Notes: generated from the sequence alone by a model not told the origin. 64,000 bases of DNA from Candidatus Cloacimonadota bacterium (GCA_018400535.1 JAGYMQ010000047.1:4997-68996), one strand, 5' to 3'. Counted from the first letter of the stretch, positions 29,710 to 40,213 are shown. Numbers and translations: made by a program.

Positions 29710-30085
29710 AAATATTGCGCGACAACTGAAAATTTTGATCGTTGAAGATGAAATTTTAACAGCAAAAAGCCTATCCAATGATCTGAAAAAATTAGGTGTC
29801 GAAACTCTTGACCCTATTCCAAAAGGCGAAACAGCAGTTGAGATTGCTTTAAAAGAAAAACCTGACTTGATCCTGATGGACATCCGACTGGCAGGGAAAA
29901 TGGATGGCATCGAAGCAGCTCGGATCATAAAAGAAAAAGCAAAAATACCAATCCTGTTCATGACGGGATATGCGACCGATCACATCAAAGTGAAAACACA
30001 AGGTGTAGATTGCATAGAATTTTTGGAAAAACCGATTACAGTTTCACAACTGCGACCGATCATCGAAGATTTTTTGGGATTCTAA
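29693..30085 (+). CDS. Single-domain response regulator
   Basis: ILIVEDE, LMDIRL, MTGY, EKP. Confidence 0.88.
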   Translation: MNQEFKNIARQLKILIVEDEILTAKSLSNDLKKLGVETLDPIPKGETAVEIALKEKPDLILMDIRLAGKMDGIEAARIIKEKAKIPILFMTGYATDHIKVKTQGVDCIEFLEKPITVSQLRPIIEDFLGF

Positions 30086-30254
30086 AAAAATTCTCGCTAA
30101 ATTTGTTTCTTTCTAAAAATATTATATATAAACATCTTGCTAATTTACCTGCTCAGGTTTTTCCAAAAAAAGCTTGTCCAAATAGCACTGTTTTAAGTTA
30201 TTGCACAATCAAAAATATCGAACAAAGAAATTTTATAAATCATTGGAGGATATT

Positions 30255-32039
30255 ATGTTTGAAGGCATGAGAAAACATGCTCCGTGGATCATTATCGTGA
30301 TCGCAGCTGTTTTTATTATTTCGATGACTATTCGTGGCGTCACCAGCATTTTTATCGAAAAGGAATACGTTGGAATTATTGGCGGTAAAAAGATCACACC
30401 TCAAGAATATAGTGATATTTTGGAACAAACTTTCGCAAATCATTATCAAGCAAATCCAGAACAGGAAATTGATGATGCTACCGCAAAAAGATTGAATGAT
30501 CAAACGTGGGATCAATTAGTGCAACAGATCCTTTTTGATCGTGAATTGAAAAAACGTGGGATCAAAGTTCGCGATCAAGATATCGTCGAAAAATTGAAAA
30601 ATCCTGGCGAAGATGTGCGTGAAATCGAACAATTACAAACAGATGGCAAATTCGATTACAACAAATATGAATCCATCTTAATGGATAATGCCGAATTTGC
30701 AAATTGGATGGAAATGAGAATTCGTAGCACTCTGCCCTATGAAAAATTATATGAACACGTCAAAGCCGAAGTAACCGTCACGGAAGAAGAAGTGAGACAG
30801 CAATACATCGATGAAAACGACAAAGCCTCAGCCCGCATCATCTTCTTCGATCCAAAAAAAATGACTTATACAGTTACCGACGAAGATATGCAAGAATACT
30901 ATGAAGATCATAAAGAAGATTATAAAAGAGGACCATCTCGTAAATTCAAATATGTAAATATTCCATTAGAACCAAGCGAAGAAGATAAAGCGCTGGCAAA
31001 AACAAGAATAGATTCAATTTATAATTATATCACAGAAAATAAAATCGATTTTGCCGAAGCAGCCCGTGAACTATCAGAAGGTCCAAGTGCAGATAAAGGC
31101 GGAGATCTGGGTTATTTCACCAAAGAAAGAATGGTGCCAGAATTTTCCGAAGCTGCTTTTAATTTAGAAATTGGTAAGATCAGTGAACCAGTCTTGTCTC
31201 AGTTCGGCTGGCACATTATAAAAGTTTTTGATAAAAATACGAATTCAGAAGGCCAAGAACAGGTGAAAGCAAGCCACATTTTGATCAATACTGAAGCTTC
31301 CGAAAAAACAAAAGAAAATCATATCATACGTGCAAATGATCTGTATGAACAAGCGAAAGAAGAAGGTTTGGAAAAGATCGCCAAAGACCTTGCCTATCAA
31401 GTACGCGAGACCAGAGAATTTGAAGAAGATGCAAAATTCATTCCTGGCATCGGCTCACAAGAAGAAATGGTCAAATTCGCTTTTTCTCATGACGTCGGTG
31501 ACGTAGCAGAACCCATCAAAGGACGTGGGGACGATTTTATCATCGCCGAAATTTCTTACAAAGTTGGTGATCATTACCTGGATTATGAATCTCAAAAAAA
31601 TACGATCCGCCGCAAAGTGAAAGAAGAAAAAACCACACAACTCGCCATCGAAAAGGGAAAAGAATTTTATCAACAGCATGATCCTGCTGAATTCTTTGCC
31701 GCTGCCGAAAAAGATGAAGAGCTTCAGATCATCGAAGCGGAAGAGATAACAATCGATAAAACTATTACCGGACTGCGTAAAAGTGAAATCCTGAATGAAA
31801 CGATCCTGGCACACAAAAAAGATGAATACACTGAACTTATCAAAGATTCCAATGGCGCTTATATTGCTCACATCACAGCAAGAACAGAACCCGATATGGA
31901 AAAATTTGAAGCACAAAAAGAACAGCTGATCACGAAAGAGCAGGAAAAAGCAGAAAACGAACATTTGAACGAATGGTACCGAGACCTGAAAGAAAGTGCT
32001 GAGATCGTGGATAATCGCAAAGATTATTACTCATTATAA
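30255..32039 (+). CDS. PpiD/SurA-like membrane-anchored parvulin peptidyl-prolyl isomerase chaperone
   Basis: GGAGG RBS, N-terminal TM, SurA-N-like region, SEGPSADKGGDLGYF..MVPEF..FGWHII, ASHILI. Confidence 0.88.
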   Translation: MFEGMRKHAPWIIIVIAAVFIISMTIRGVTSIFIEKEYVGIIGGKKITPQEYSDILEQTFANHYQANPEQEIDDATAKRLNDQTWDQLVQQILFDRELKKRGIKVRDQDIVEKLKNPGEDVREIEQLQTDGKFDYNKYESILMDNAEFANWMEMRIRSTLPYEKLYEHVKAEVTVTEEEVRQQYIDENDKASARIIFFDPKKMTYTVTDEDMQEYYEDHKEDYKRGPSRKFKYVNIPLEPSEEDKALAKTRIDSIYNYITENKIDFAEAARELSEGPSADKGGDLGYFTKERMVPEFSEAAFNLEIGKISEPVLSQFGWHIIKVFDKNTNSEGQEQVKASHILINTEASEKTKENHIIRANDLYEQAKEEGLEKIAKDLAYQVRETREFEEDAKFIPGIGSQEEMVKFAFSHDVGDVAEPIKGRGDDFIIAEISYKVGDHYLDYESQKNTIRRKVKEEKTTQLAIEKGKEFYQQHDPAEFFAAAEKDEELQIIEAEEITIDKTITGLRKSEILNETILAHKKDEYTELIKDSNGAYIAHITARTEPDMEKFEAQKEQLITKEQEKAENEHLNEWYRDLKESAEIVDNRKDYYSL

Positions 32040-32060
32040 GATGTCGTGAGATTTAAGTTG

Positions 32061-32091
32061 AAAACGGACTGGAAGATATCCTGTCCGTTTT
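32061..32091 (+). terminator. Putative rho-independent terminator
   Basis: AAAACGGAC...GTCCGTTTT hairpin just after the PPIase gene. Confidence 0.65.
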
Positions 32092-32108
32092 CTATTTAGA
32101 GGTCAAAT

Positions 32109-33407
32109 ATGGACCAGAATTTATTTGCTTTTTTAAATTTTCCTGAAATTTTTAGCGTTGCCAAAACTTGGATGATCGCGAATATATTCATCCGCGATAG
32201 TTTATATCAGATCGGGATCATTATAATTCTCTATTTCTTTTCCTATTTACTCAGTTCGATCCTGAAAAAGAATAGATACATCTCAAGCTGGAAAATCTCT
32301 TTCCCGATCACTAAAGTTTTTCTACCTTTCATCTTTTTGATCTTTATCTCGATCGCAAATTATCTTGTTGGTAAGTTCGGCTGGAAAAATCCACTCTTGA
32401 ATATCACGAACAACCTTGTTCTAGCTTTCCTTGTGATCAAGATCTTTTCCCATTTCTTCCAAAAAAATATCTGGTTCAAATTTTTCAGAACAATCCTCTG
32501 GATCATCATCATTCTGAATATTTTTCATTTATTAGATGATCTCACAACTTTTTTGGAAACTATTCGTTTTAGTTATGGTGAAAATGAATTGACACTACTT
32601 TTGCTGTTCAAAGGCATCATTATACTGTTTATTGCGATTTGGTCAGCGCTTAGAATTGCAAACTTTTTGCAAAAAAAGATCGATCAAAGCAAGGATTTAA
32701 ATCCCTCGCTAAAAGTACTGCTAAATAAATCTTTGAAAATTATTCTGCTCTTTATCGCTGCCCTATTTGGCTTAAATGTTATCGGAGTGAAGCTGACAAC
32801 TTTCGCAGTTTTGGGCGGTGCAATCGGCGTCGGGATCGGTTTTGGATTGCAAAAGATCGTATCCAATTACACCAGCGGATTCATCTTACTTCTTGATAAA
32901 TCGATCAAGCCGGGTGATGTGATCGAGATCGATGATACTTTTGGCAATGTGAAATCGATGAGTGCAAGATATATCACGCTATCCACGATCGAAGGAAAAG
33001 AACATCTCATTCCCAATGAAAATTTGATAACACAAAAAGTTATCAATTGGTCTCACACTGATCGGATGATCCGTCTGAAAATTCTGGTGGGAGTTTCCTA
33101 CGACACCGATATTCCCAAAGCAATGCAACTTATGAAAGAAGCAGCATTACAGAATCAACGCATCATCAGAAAAAATGAAATTAGTGTTTTTTTGACCGAG
33201 TTCAATTCAAGTTCTATCGATCTGGAAGTTCGTTTCTGGATACAAGACCCTGAAAAGGGATTGGCCAATATTCAAAGTAATGTCAGGCTGGATATCTGGA
33301 AAAAATTCAAAGATCATAATATCGAGATTCCTTTCCCACAAAACGATGTTTATATCAAATCTATGCCTGAAAAAAAGCGAGAAAATGATGATCTATCTCG
33401 ATTATAA
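32109..33407 (+). CDS. mscS: MscS family mechanosensitive channel with extra N-terminal TM helices
   Basis: GAIGVGIGFGLQKIVSN, IKPGDVIEI, IPNE, VGVSY, IEIPFPQ. Confidence 0.88.
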   Translation: MDQNLFAFLNFPEIFSVAKTWMIANIFIRDSLYQIGIIIILYFFSYLLSSILKKNRYISSWKISFPITKVFLPFIFLIFISIANYLVGKFGWKNPLLNITNNLVLAFLVIKIFSHFFQKNIWFKFFRTILWIIIILNIFHLLDDLTTFLETIRFSYGENELTLLLLFKGIIILFIAIWSALRIANFLQKKIDQSKDLNPSLKVLLNKSLKIILLFIAALFGLNVIGVKLTTFAVLGGAIGVGIGFGLQKIVSNYTSGFILLLDKSIKPGDVIEIDDTFGNVKSMSARYITLSTIEGKEHLIPNENLITQKVINWSHTDRMIRLKILVGVSYDTDIPKAMQLMKEAALQNQRIIRKNEISVFLTEFNSSSIDLEVRFWIQDPEKGLANIQSNVRLDIWKKFKDHNIEIPFPQNDVYIKSMPEKKRENDDLSRL

Positions 33408-34509
33408 TGCGACCACACCCATCGATCCTGAAGTGCGCAAAGCGATGCTACCTTATTTGAGGGAAAAATTTGGTAATCCATCCAGCTCTCATCTTTTTGG
33501 AATTGATGCGAAACGAGCTTTGGAAAAAGCCAGAAGCCAGGTTGCAGCTTTGATCAATTGTCAACCAGAAGAAATTATTTTCACCAGTGGCGGTACTGAA
33601 TCAAACAATCTTGCTCTGCGCGGATATGCAGCCAAATTTAATCCTCCAAAAAGTCACATTATCACCTCGCAGATCGAACATCCTGCTATTTTGGAAGTTT
33701 GTAAATATTTAGAGAAAAAGGGATTTTTTGTCACCTATCTTCCAGTTAACCAATTTGGTGAAATAAATTTATCTGATCTGAAAAGAGAAATTCGAGCAGA
33801 AACGAGCTTGATCTCGATCATGCATTCCAATAACGAGATCGGTACATTGCAACCGATCAAAGAAGCCAGTGCTATTGCTCATAAAAATGGTATCTGTTTT
33901 CACTCTGATGCAGCTCAATCGATCAGCAAAGTTCCTGTAAACGTTGCAGATCTGGGAGTTGATCTACTCTCGATCGCCGGTCACAAACTTTATGCACCAA
34001 AAGGGATTGGAGCACTTTTTATCAAGCAAGGAACAAAATTAGACAAAATTATTTTTGGGGCCGAACAAGAAAAAGGACTGAGTCCTGGAACTGAAAATAT
34101 CGTTGGGATCGTTGGCTTAGGAAAAGCCTGTGAGATTGCAAAGCGAGATCTTAAACTTTCGTCTAAAAAAATGCGATCAACGAGAGACAAATTATTTAAA
34201 AATTTGCATAAAATTGCTCCTGATCTGCATTTGAATGGTCATCCAATCAAACGTCTCCCAAATACGTTGAACGTCAGCTTCCCGGATAAAGATGAATTCT
34301 TTCAATATTCCTTGTTTTCCGAAATCGCTTGTTCAGCTGGAGCAGCATGTCATTCTGATGAAGTTTCAGTTTCTCATGTTCTGCAGGCGATCGATCTTCA
34401 TGAAAAATATCAGGAAGGAACAATTAGATTTTCCACCGGAAAATTTACTACTGAAGAAGAAATTAAAGAAGCAAAAAAGATTATCAATAACATTCTGCAA
34501 AATTTCTAA
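33385..34509 (+). CDS. iscS: Cysteine desulfurase (IscS/NifS, class V aminotransferase)
   Basis: IYLDYNATTP, FGNPSS, FTSGGTESNN, DAAQ, AGHKLYAPKG, catalytic SAGAACHS. Confidence 0.9.
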   Translation: MMIYLDYNATTPIDPEVRKAMLPYLREKFGNPSSSHLFGIDAKRALEKARSQVAALINCQPEEIIFTSGGTESNNLALRGYAAKFNPPKSHIITSQIEHPAILEVCKYLEKKGFFVTYLPVNQFGEINLSDLKREIRAETSLISIMHSNNEIGTLQPIKEASAIAHKNGICFHSDAAQSISKVPVNVADLGVDLLSIAGHKLYAPKGIGALFIKQGTKLDKIIFGAEQEKGLSPGTENIVGIVGLGKACEIAKRDLKLSSKKMRSTRDKLFKNLHKIAPDLHLNGHPIKRLPNTLNVSFPDKDEFFQYSLFSEIACSAGAACHSDEVSVSHVLQAIDLHEKYQEGTIRFSTGKFTTEEEIKEAKKIINNILQNF

Positions 34510-34635
34510 TTTTTTATCTTATAATCAGCAAAAAACAAGATTTTACTACATTTAAAAGATATTATCCCAGCCCGAAATTTGACAAATCAAAATTAGTGAT
34601 TATATTAAATAAAAAATTTCCAAGAGGTGATAAAA

Positions 34636-34872
34636 ATGAAAAGAGTTGTCGTATTTAGCACTCCAACCTGTTCATGGTGTAGAAAATTAAAAAGCTATTT
34701 AAAAGAAAATAAGATCAGATTTAAAGATGTTGATGTTTCCAGAGATCAAAATGCAGCGCGAGATATGATCCGCAAGACGGGACAGCAAGGCGTTCCTCAG
34801 ATGTGGATCAATAATTATCCGATCGTTGGTTTTGATAAGAACAAGATAGATCGTATGTTAGGGATTAGATAA
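34636..34872 (+). CDS. Glutaredoxin-like protein (YruB/NrdH type)
   Basis: STPTCSWC, GQQGVP, IVGFD; TTGACA-N16-TATATT promoter at 34579-34606. Confidence 0.88.
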   Translation: MKRVVVFSTPTCSWCRKLKSYLKENKIRFKDVDVSRDQNAARDMIRKTGQQGVPQMWINNYPIVGFDKNKIDRMLGIR

Positions 34873-34917
34873 AATATTGCTCTCAAAAACGCAGATTTTA
34901 TAGATTAAAGAATTCAG

Positions 34918-34967
34918 GAAATCGATCATTTTGCTATCAATTAGGATTATGATCGATTTTTCTTTTT
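34918..34967 (+). terminator. Putative terminator hairpin after the glutaredoxin gene
   Basis: AAATCGATCAT ... ATGATCGATTT followed by a T-rich tail. Confidence 0.5.
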
Positions 34968-35094
34968 GAGAAAGAATTCTCAAAATAATCGATAAATGAA
35001 TTGACATTAAATAACAATTTTCAAAAAGATACACTATCTATCGTAAAGTCTATAATGATGTTAGAAAAGTAAATTAAGTAGAAAAGGAGAGATT

Positions 35095-35550
35095 ATGAAC
35101 AAAGGTCTGAATGAAATTTGTAAAATGAAAAAAGAAGTCATTTCCATTGATCCTGAAGCAACGATACAAAAAGCTGTCGAAAGCATGAACAAAGAAAAGA
35201 TCGGAGCTTTGATCGTTATGAAAGGAGAATGCATCAGCGGGATCGTTACAGAAAGGGATGTTTTGTATAAATTAGCAAATACTGATATCAACGAAGATAT
35301 CCATGATGTTAAGATCAACACAATTATGACTCCGTTCAAAAAATTGATCGTTGGACATGCTGATGATACTCTGGAATATTTGATGAAAGTGATGACAGAA
35401 AAGCACATTCGTCATATTCCCATCGTAGATAAGAAATGTAAATTGGTTTGTTTAGCGTCGATCAGAGATATTGTCAGATTTCTTTTAAAAGATACAGAAA
35501 TGACTGTGAAATACCTTTCTGATTATGTTCAAGGAAATTATCCTGGATAA
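35095..35550 (+). CDS. CBS-domain pair protein
   Basis: IGALIV..GIVTERD, MTEKHIRHIPIV, SIRDIV. Confidence 0.88.
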   Translation: MNKGLNEICKMKKEVISIDPEATIQKAVESMNKEKIGALIVMKGECISGIVTERDVLYKLANTDINEDIHDVKINTIMTPFKKLIVGHADDTLEYLMKVMTEKHIRHIPIVDKKCKLVCLASIRDIVRFLLKDTEMTVKYLSDYVQGNYPG

Positions 35551-35563
35551 ATTTCTATCTTTT

Positions 35564-35598
35564 AAAAAAGCTCTGTTCATAATGGATAGAGCTTTTTT
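35564..35598. terminator. Bidirectional rho-independent terminator
   Basis: AAAAAAGCTCT...AGAGCTTTTTT between convergent genes. Confidence 0.75.
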
Positions 35599-35775
35599 AT
35601 TTGTTTTTTGAACTTTTTCTAATGAACATTTTTTGTGAATAATAAAAAAATTCTCTAAATCGAATTCAGAAAAAAATATTTTTCTCAGTTTCTATTCATC
35701 TTTTTCTGGAAATTGATAATTGATTCGATTTATAACAGCTCATTTATTTCAAGACTGATCAATCAATAAAATCCT

Positions 35776-36741
35776 TTAGCCAACAACACCCGCATTGATC
35801 AGATCATGCATATGCAACATCCCGATCGGTTTCTGTTTTTCATCAACCACGGGCAGCATCGTGATCTTGTTTTCTTCCATCAAATTGAGAGCATCAACGG
35901 CTAATTGATCTAATGTAGTAGCTTTTGGTGCTTTCGTCATTGCTTTTGTCACAATAATATTAAGATCGGTATAACCTGATGCCAGAAATCGGCGCAGATC
36001 GCCATCCGTCACAATTCCCACCAAAATTCCTGTTTCATCGATCACGTTTGTGCAGCCCAAACCTTTTGTCGTCATTTCCAGAATTACTTCATCCATCTTT
36101 GCTGAAATTTTTACCAGCGGATTATCATCACCTGTGTGCATCAAATCTTTAACTTTGTAAAGCATTCTTTTCCCGATAGTTCCGCCAGGATGAAAACGAG
36201 CAAAATCAGCTTGTTGGAAATTTCGTTTTTTTAGTAGAGCGACAGCAATCGCATCTCCGACAGCAAGTGCAACTGTCGTGCTGGCAGTTGGTACTAATCC
36301 AAAAGGTTCAAGTTTTTTTGGGATTTTGCAATCAATGATAACATCGCTATTTTTTGCCAGTTCCGAATTTAAATTTCCGGTCAGGGCAATAATTGGAATT
36401 TGCTGGAATTTGAGATAGGGCACAATAGAGAGCAATTCTGATGTATTCCCGCTGTAAGATACTGCCATTACGATATCATTTTGATCGATTACTCCGAGAT
36501 CGCCGTGAACACCTTCGGCAGCATGTAGGAAAATCGCTGTCGTTCCAGTGCTGGCAAATGTCGAAGCGATCTTACGCGCAATGATACCAGTTTTGCCCAT
36601 CCCGGTAACGATCACCTTTCCCTTGCATTTATAGAGCAGATCGACAGCATTTCCCACATTCTGGTCGATCTTTTCTGCCACTTGTGTGATCGCTGCTGCT
36701 TCTTGCTGCAATTCATTTCTGATAAATTCCACAACGTTCAT
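35776..36741 (-). CDS. kdsD: Arabinose-5-phosphate isomerase (KpsF/GutQ family; SIS + CBS)
   Basis: VTGMGKTG, STGT, HGDLG, PTAST, FHPGG, C-terminal CBS pair. Confidence 0.92.
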   Translation of the reverse strand: MNVVEFIRNELQQEAAAITQVAEKIDQNVGNAVDLLYKCKGKVIVTGMGKTGIIARKIASTFASTGTTAIFLHAAEGVHGDLGVIDQNDIVMAVSYSGNTSELLSIVPYLKFQQIPIIALTGNLNSELAKNSDVIIDCKIPKKLEPFGLVPTASTTVALAVGDAIAVALLKKRNFQQADFARFHPGGTIGKRMLYKVKDLMHTGDDNPLVKISAKMDEVILEMTTKGLGCTNVIDETGILVGIVTDGDLRRFLASGYTDLNIIVTKAMTKAPKATTLDQLAVDALNLMEENKITMLPVVDEKQKPIGMLHMHDLINAGVVG

Positions 36742-36781
36742 CGATTCTCCTCAACAAATTCCGATCAAAGAAACTGCTTTT

Positions 36782-38698
36782 TCACACTTTGTTTTCTATC
36801 TGTTTTTTTATTCGAGCAATCATTTCTTCCAAGCCGAAACTTCCGAGATCGCCCTGCTGATGTTTTCTCACGGAAACTGTTTTGGCTTCCACTTCCTTTT
36901 GTCCCACGATGAACATATAAGGAATTTTCATCATTTCTGCTTCTCTGATCTTGTAACCTATCTTTTCATTTTTCAGATCAACTTTGCTGCGAATTTCATT
37001 AGCGAGCAAACTGGCATTTATTTTTTTCGCATGATCGAGGTATTGATCGGAAATGGGCAGAACTTTTACTTGAACAGGACAGAGCCAGAGCGGAAAATTG
37101 CCAGCATGATATTCGATCAAAGTTCCGAAAAATCTTTCCACCGAGCCCAAAAGCGCTCGATGCACCATAAAAGGTCGATGCGAATTATTGTCTTCGCCGA
37201 TATATTCCATGCCAAAACGTGCTGGCAGATTGAAATCAAATTGGATCGTCGAACATTGCCACGAGCGATTGAGAGCATCTTTGATCTTGATATCAATTTT
37301 CGGACCGTAAAAAGCTCCACCACCTTCATCCAATTCAAAATCGATCTGATTCTTTTGCAAAGCCTTTTCTAAAGATCGAGAAGCTTTTTCCCAATCGTCT
37401 CTTTCGCCAACTGCTTTTTCTGGCATCGTAGAAAGAAATATCTCAAATTTTTCAAAACCAAAAGCCTTCAGCATATCGAGTGAGAAAAGCAAAGTTTTTT
37501 CGATCTCTTCATCAAGCTGTTCTGGAGTGCAAATGATATGCGCATCGTCTTGCGTGAACCCACGAACTCTCATCAAACCGTGCAATGCGCCAGATTTTTC
37601 ATAACGATAAACAGTTCCCATTTCAGCGTATTTGATAGGTAATTCGCGATAACTACGTTTTTGCGATTGATAGATTGCAATATGGAAAGGACAATTCATC
37701 GGTTTTAGATAATATTTTTTTTCGTCCACATCGATCGAACTATACATACTTTCGTCATAAAAGCCGAGATGACCGCTGGTTTTCCACAATTCTGCTTTGC
37801 CAATATGCGGAGTGGCAACCAATTCATAGCCTTCTTTAAAATGCCGTTTTTTCCAATAATCTTCGATGATAGAGCGCATCAGCGCACCATTTGGATGCCA
37901 AAGTACCAAACCCGGGCCAATTTCATCTGAAATCGAATAGATATCGAGTTCTTTACCGATCTTGCGATGATCTCGTTTTTTTGCTTCTTCAAGATCGTGA
38001 AGATATTTTTTCAGCATTTTTTTGGAGGGAAAAGTGATGCCATAGATTCTTTGTAACATTTTATTTTTCTCATCACCACGCCAATAAGCCCCCGAAGTCT
38101 TCAATAATTTTATCGCTTTGATCTTACTCGTCGTGGGCAGATGCGGTCCACGACAGAGATCAACAAAATCTCCTTGTGTATAAAAAGAAATTTCTTCATC
38201 TGCGGACATATCTTGCAAAAGTTCCACCTTGTAATTCTCGTCCATTTTTTCAAATTTTTGAATTGCTTCTGCTTTGGAAATGCTGTGTCGAATATATTTT
38301 TCATCCTGTTTTGCTAATTCTTTCATACGTTGTTCAATCTTTTCCAGATCAGCATCGGTAAAGGGAACTTCTTTATCAAAATCGTAATAAAAGCCATTTT
38401 CGATGGCCGGCCCGATCGCAACTTTTACTTCTGGGAAAAGCTGTTTCACTGCTTGCGCCATCAAATGCGCCGAACTATGCCAGTAAACATTCTTTCCTTC
38501 AGGACTATCAAATTTGAATAATTTTATCTTCGCATCTTCTTTGATTTGATGATCCAAATCGACTAATTTCTCGTTGATGCTGGCGGTAACAATTTCCTTC
38601 GCCAAGCCATGACTGATGCTCTCGGCAATATCCATTACAGTTGAATTTTTTGGATAGGCTTTTCTGGAGCCATCAGGAAATTCTATCATTATTTCCAT
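36782..38698 (-). CDS. thrS: Threonine--tRNA ligase
   Basis: TGS domain, HSSAH, DLCRGPH, RDHRKIG, KPMNCPFH, RVRGFTQDDAH, FYGPKID, HRALLGS. Confidence 0.96.
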   Translation of the reverse strand: MEIMIEFPDGSRKAYPKNSTVMDIAESISHGLAKEIVTASINEKLVDLDHQIKEDAKIKLFKFDSPEGKNVYWHSSAHLMAQAVKQLFPEVKVAIGPAIENGFYYDFDKEVPFTDADLEKIEQRMKELAKQDEKYIRHSISKAEAIQKFEKMDENYKVELLQDMSADEEISFYTQGDFVDLCRGPHLPTTSKIKAIKLLKTSGAYWRGDEKNKMLQRIYGITFPSKKMLKKYLHDLEEAKKRDHRKIGKELDIYSISDEIGPGLVLWHPNGALMRSIIEDYWKKRHFKEGYELVATPHIGKAELWKTSGHLGFYDESMYSSIDVDEKKYYLKPMNCPFHIAIYQSQKRSYRELPIKYAEMGTVYRYEKSGALHGLMRVRGFTQDDAHIICTPEQLDEEIEKTLLFSLDMLKAFGFEKFEIFLSTMPEKAVGERDDWEKASRSLEKALQKNQIDFELDEGGGAFYGPKIDIKIKDALNRSWQCSTIQFDFNLPARFGMEYIGEDNNSHRPFMVHRALLGSVERFFGTLIEYHAGNFPLWLCPVQVKVLPISDQYLDHAKKINASLLANEIRSKVDLKNEKIGYKIREAEMMKIPYMFIVGQKEVEAKTVSVRKHQQGDLGSFGLEEMIARIKKQIENKV

Positions 38699-38706
38699 TT
38701 TTTCCT

Positions 38707-40002
38707 CTATTCGTCTCTTTCAGCAATTTTTCCTTTGATCTTTTCCGCTGCATTATCCAAAGCTTCTTTCGGTTGCAGAATGCCGCGGATCACCCTTTCG
38801 ATCACATGTTCTTCCAAATATTTCCGCACTTCAAACCATTCGCTGATCTGCGGCTCAAAAGTTGCTGTTTCAAGCTGTTCATAAACTGAAGCAATTTCAG
38901 GATTGTTTGCAAGACGCTTTTTCAAAGCTTCCACTTGAAAAGCACTTTTACGAACAGGCATATAATAGGTGAGTTCGCTCCAGCGCGCGGTTTGCTCTGT
39001 ATCTGTAAACCATTTCACAAATTCCCAAGCAGCTTTTTCTTTTTCCTTATCTTCATTTTTGAAGATGACCACGTTCGTTCCAGAAATAATATTCTTTTTC
39101 GTCTCTTTGGTTGGAATGGCAGAAATTCCCATATTGAAGTCTATACCAGTGCGTAACATATATGCCATTGAAACGCTGGAATCTTCATAGAAAGCTACTT
39201 TCTGCGCTGTGAAATCTTTTTGTCCTTCATAACCAGGCGAAAGATAACCGGTCTTATCGACATTTAAAATATTGGTGATAAAGTTCAATGCTTCCACGCC
39301 TTCAGGACTGTTGAAAAGCGGTTTTGTATAATCATCATTCATTATTTGACCACCTGCCTGCAGCAAGAGATTTTCGAACTGCCAGGCACTGATCTTCATC
39401 GTTGTGCCATACTGATCAATCTTGCCATCTCCATCTGTATCCTGAGTAAGTTTTTTACAGTATTCGCGAAATTCACTCCAGGTTTTCGGTGGTTTGTTGG
39501 GCTCAAGATCATTTTGAAAAAGAATGTCTTTATTATAATATTGGACACGCACACTTTTATTGAAAGGGAAAGAAACAAGCCTACCATTCATTGTGTTGCT
39601 ATTGATGAAAACCGGATAAATATCCTGCAAGTCTTCTTTTCCAAAATCTTCATCTTCTGCAATCAAATCTTCGATTGGAACAATTACATCGCCATCGATC
39701 ATATTTGAGATCCAGGCCTCATAAGCTTGTGCTAAATCTGGTTGATTTCCAGTCTGGATGGATGCCATCACTTTCTGAGATAGAGCTGTATAATTTCCCA
39801 TATTGATAGATCGGACATAAATATCAGGATTAGTTTTATTGAATTTTTCCACAAGTTCACCAAGAGCATCACCCAAAGGGCCTCCCATCGCCTGCCAGAA
39901 AACGATCTCAGTTTTACCAGTAGATTCATTATCTTTGTTTCCCTTTCCGCAACCTACAATCAGGAAACTTACTACGATTAAAATTTGAATCATTCTATTC
40001 AT
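38707..40002 (-). CDS. ABC transporter substrate-binding lipoprotein (UgpB/sugar-binding family)
   Basis: GGAG RBS before ATG 40002, lipobox LIVGC, FWQAMGG, PFNKS..YYNKD, PPKTW, AAWEFVKW. Confidence 0.87.
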   Translation of the reverse strand: MNRMIQILIVVSFLIVGCGKGNKDNESTGKTEIVFWQAMGGPLGDALGELVEKFNKTNPDIYVRSINMGNYTALSQKVMASIQTGNQPDLAQAYEAWISNMIDGDVIVPIEDLIAEDEDFGKEDLQDIYPVFINSNTMNGRLVSFPFNKSVRVQYYNKDILFQNDLEPNKPPKTWSEFREYCKKLTQDTDGDGKIDQYGTTMKISAWQFENLLLQAGGQIMNDDYTKPLFNSPEGVEALNFITNILNVDKTGYLSPGYEGQKDFTAQKVAFYEDSSVSMAYMLRTGIDFNMGISAIPTKETKKNIISGTNVVIFKNEDKEKEKAAWEFVKWFTDTEQTARWSELTYYMPVRKSAFQVEALKKRLANNPEIASVYEQLETATFEPQISEWFEVRKYLEEHVIERVIRGILQPKEALDNAAEKIKGKIAERDE

Positions 40003-40135
40003 AACACACTCCTTCGAAATTTTTGGCAAATTAAAAATCGGTGACTCAAAGTCAATAAGAATTTTTTTCGATCTGGATAATTTCAGTTCCGTTTTATTGA
40101 CAAGATACCTTACTAAAAAAATATGACTTTAGAGT

Positions 40136-40213
40136 CGGGATGTAGCGCAGACCGGTCAGCGCGTTCGGTTCGGGACCGAAAGGTCGCTGGTTCAAATCCA
40201 GTCATCCCGACCA
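40136..40213 (+). tRNA. tRNA-Pro (anticodon CGG)
   Basis: Acceptor stem CGGGATG/CATCCCG, anticodon arm TTCGG-TTCGGGA-CCGAA, T-loop GGTTCAAATCC, encoded CCA; TTGACA at 40097. Confidence 0.95.

Noticed and set aside
36686..37372. 228-aa plus-strand ORF and similar long antisense ORFs (46883-47545, 31455-31964, 23605-24054)
   Set aside because: They lie antisense to well-supported genes (thrS, nqrF, PPIase, amidohydrolase) and show no recognisable motifs.
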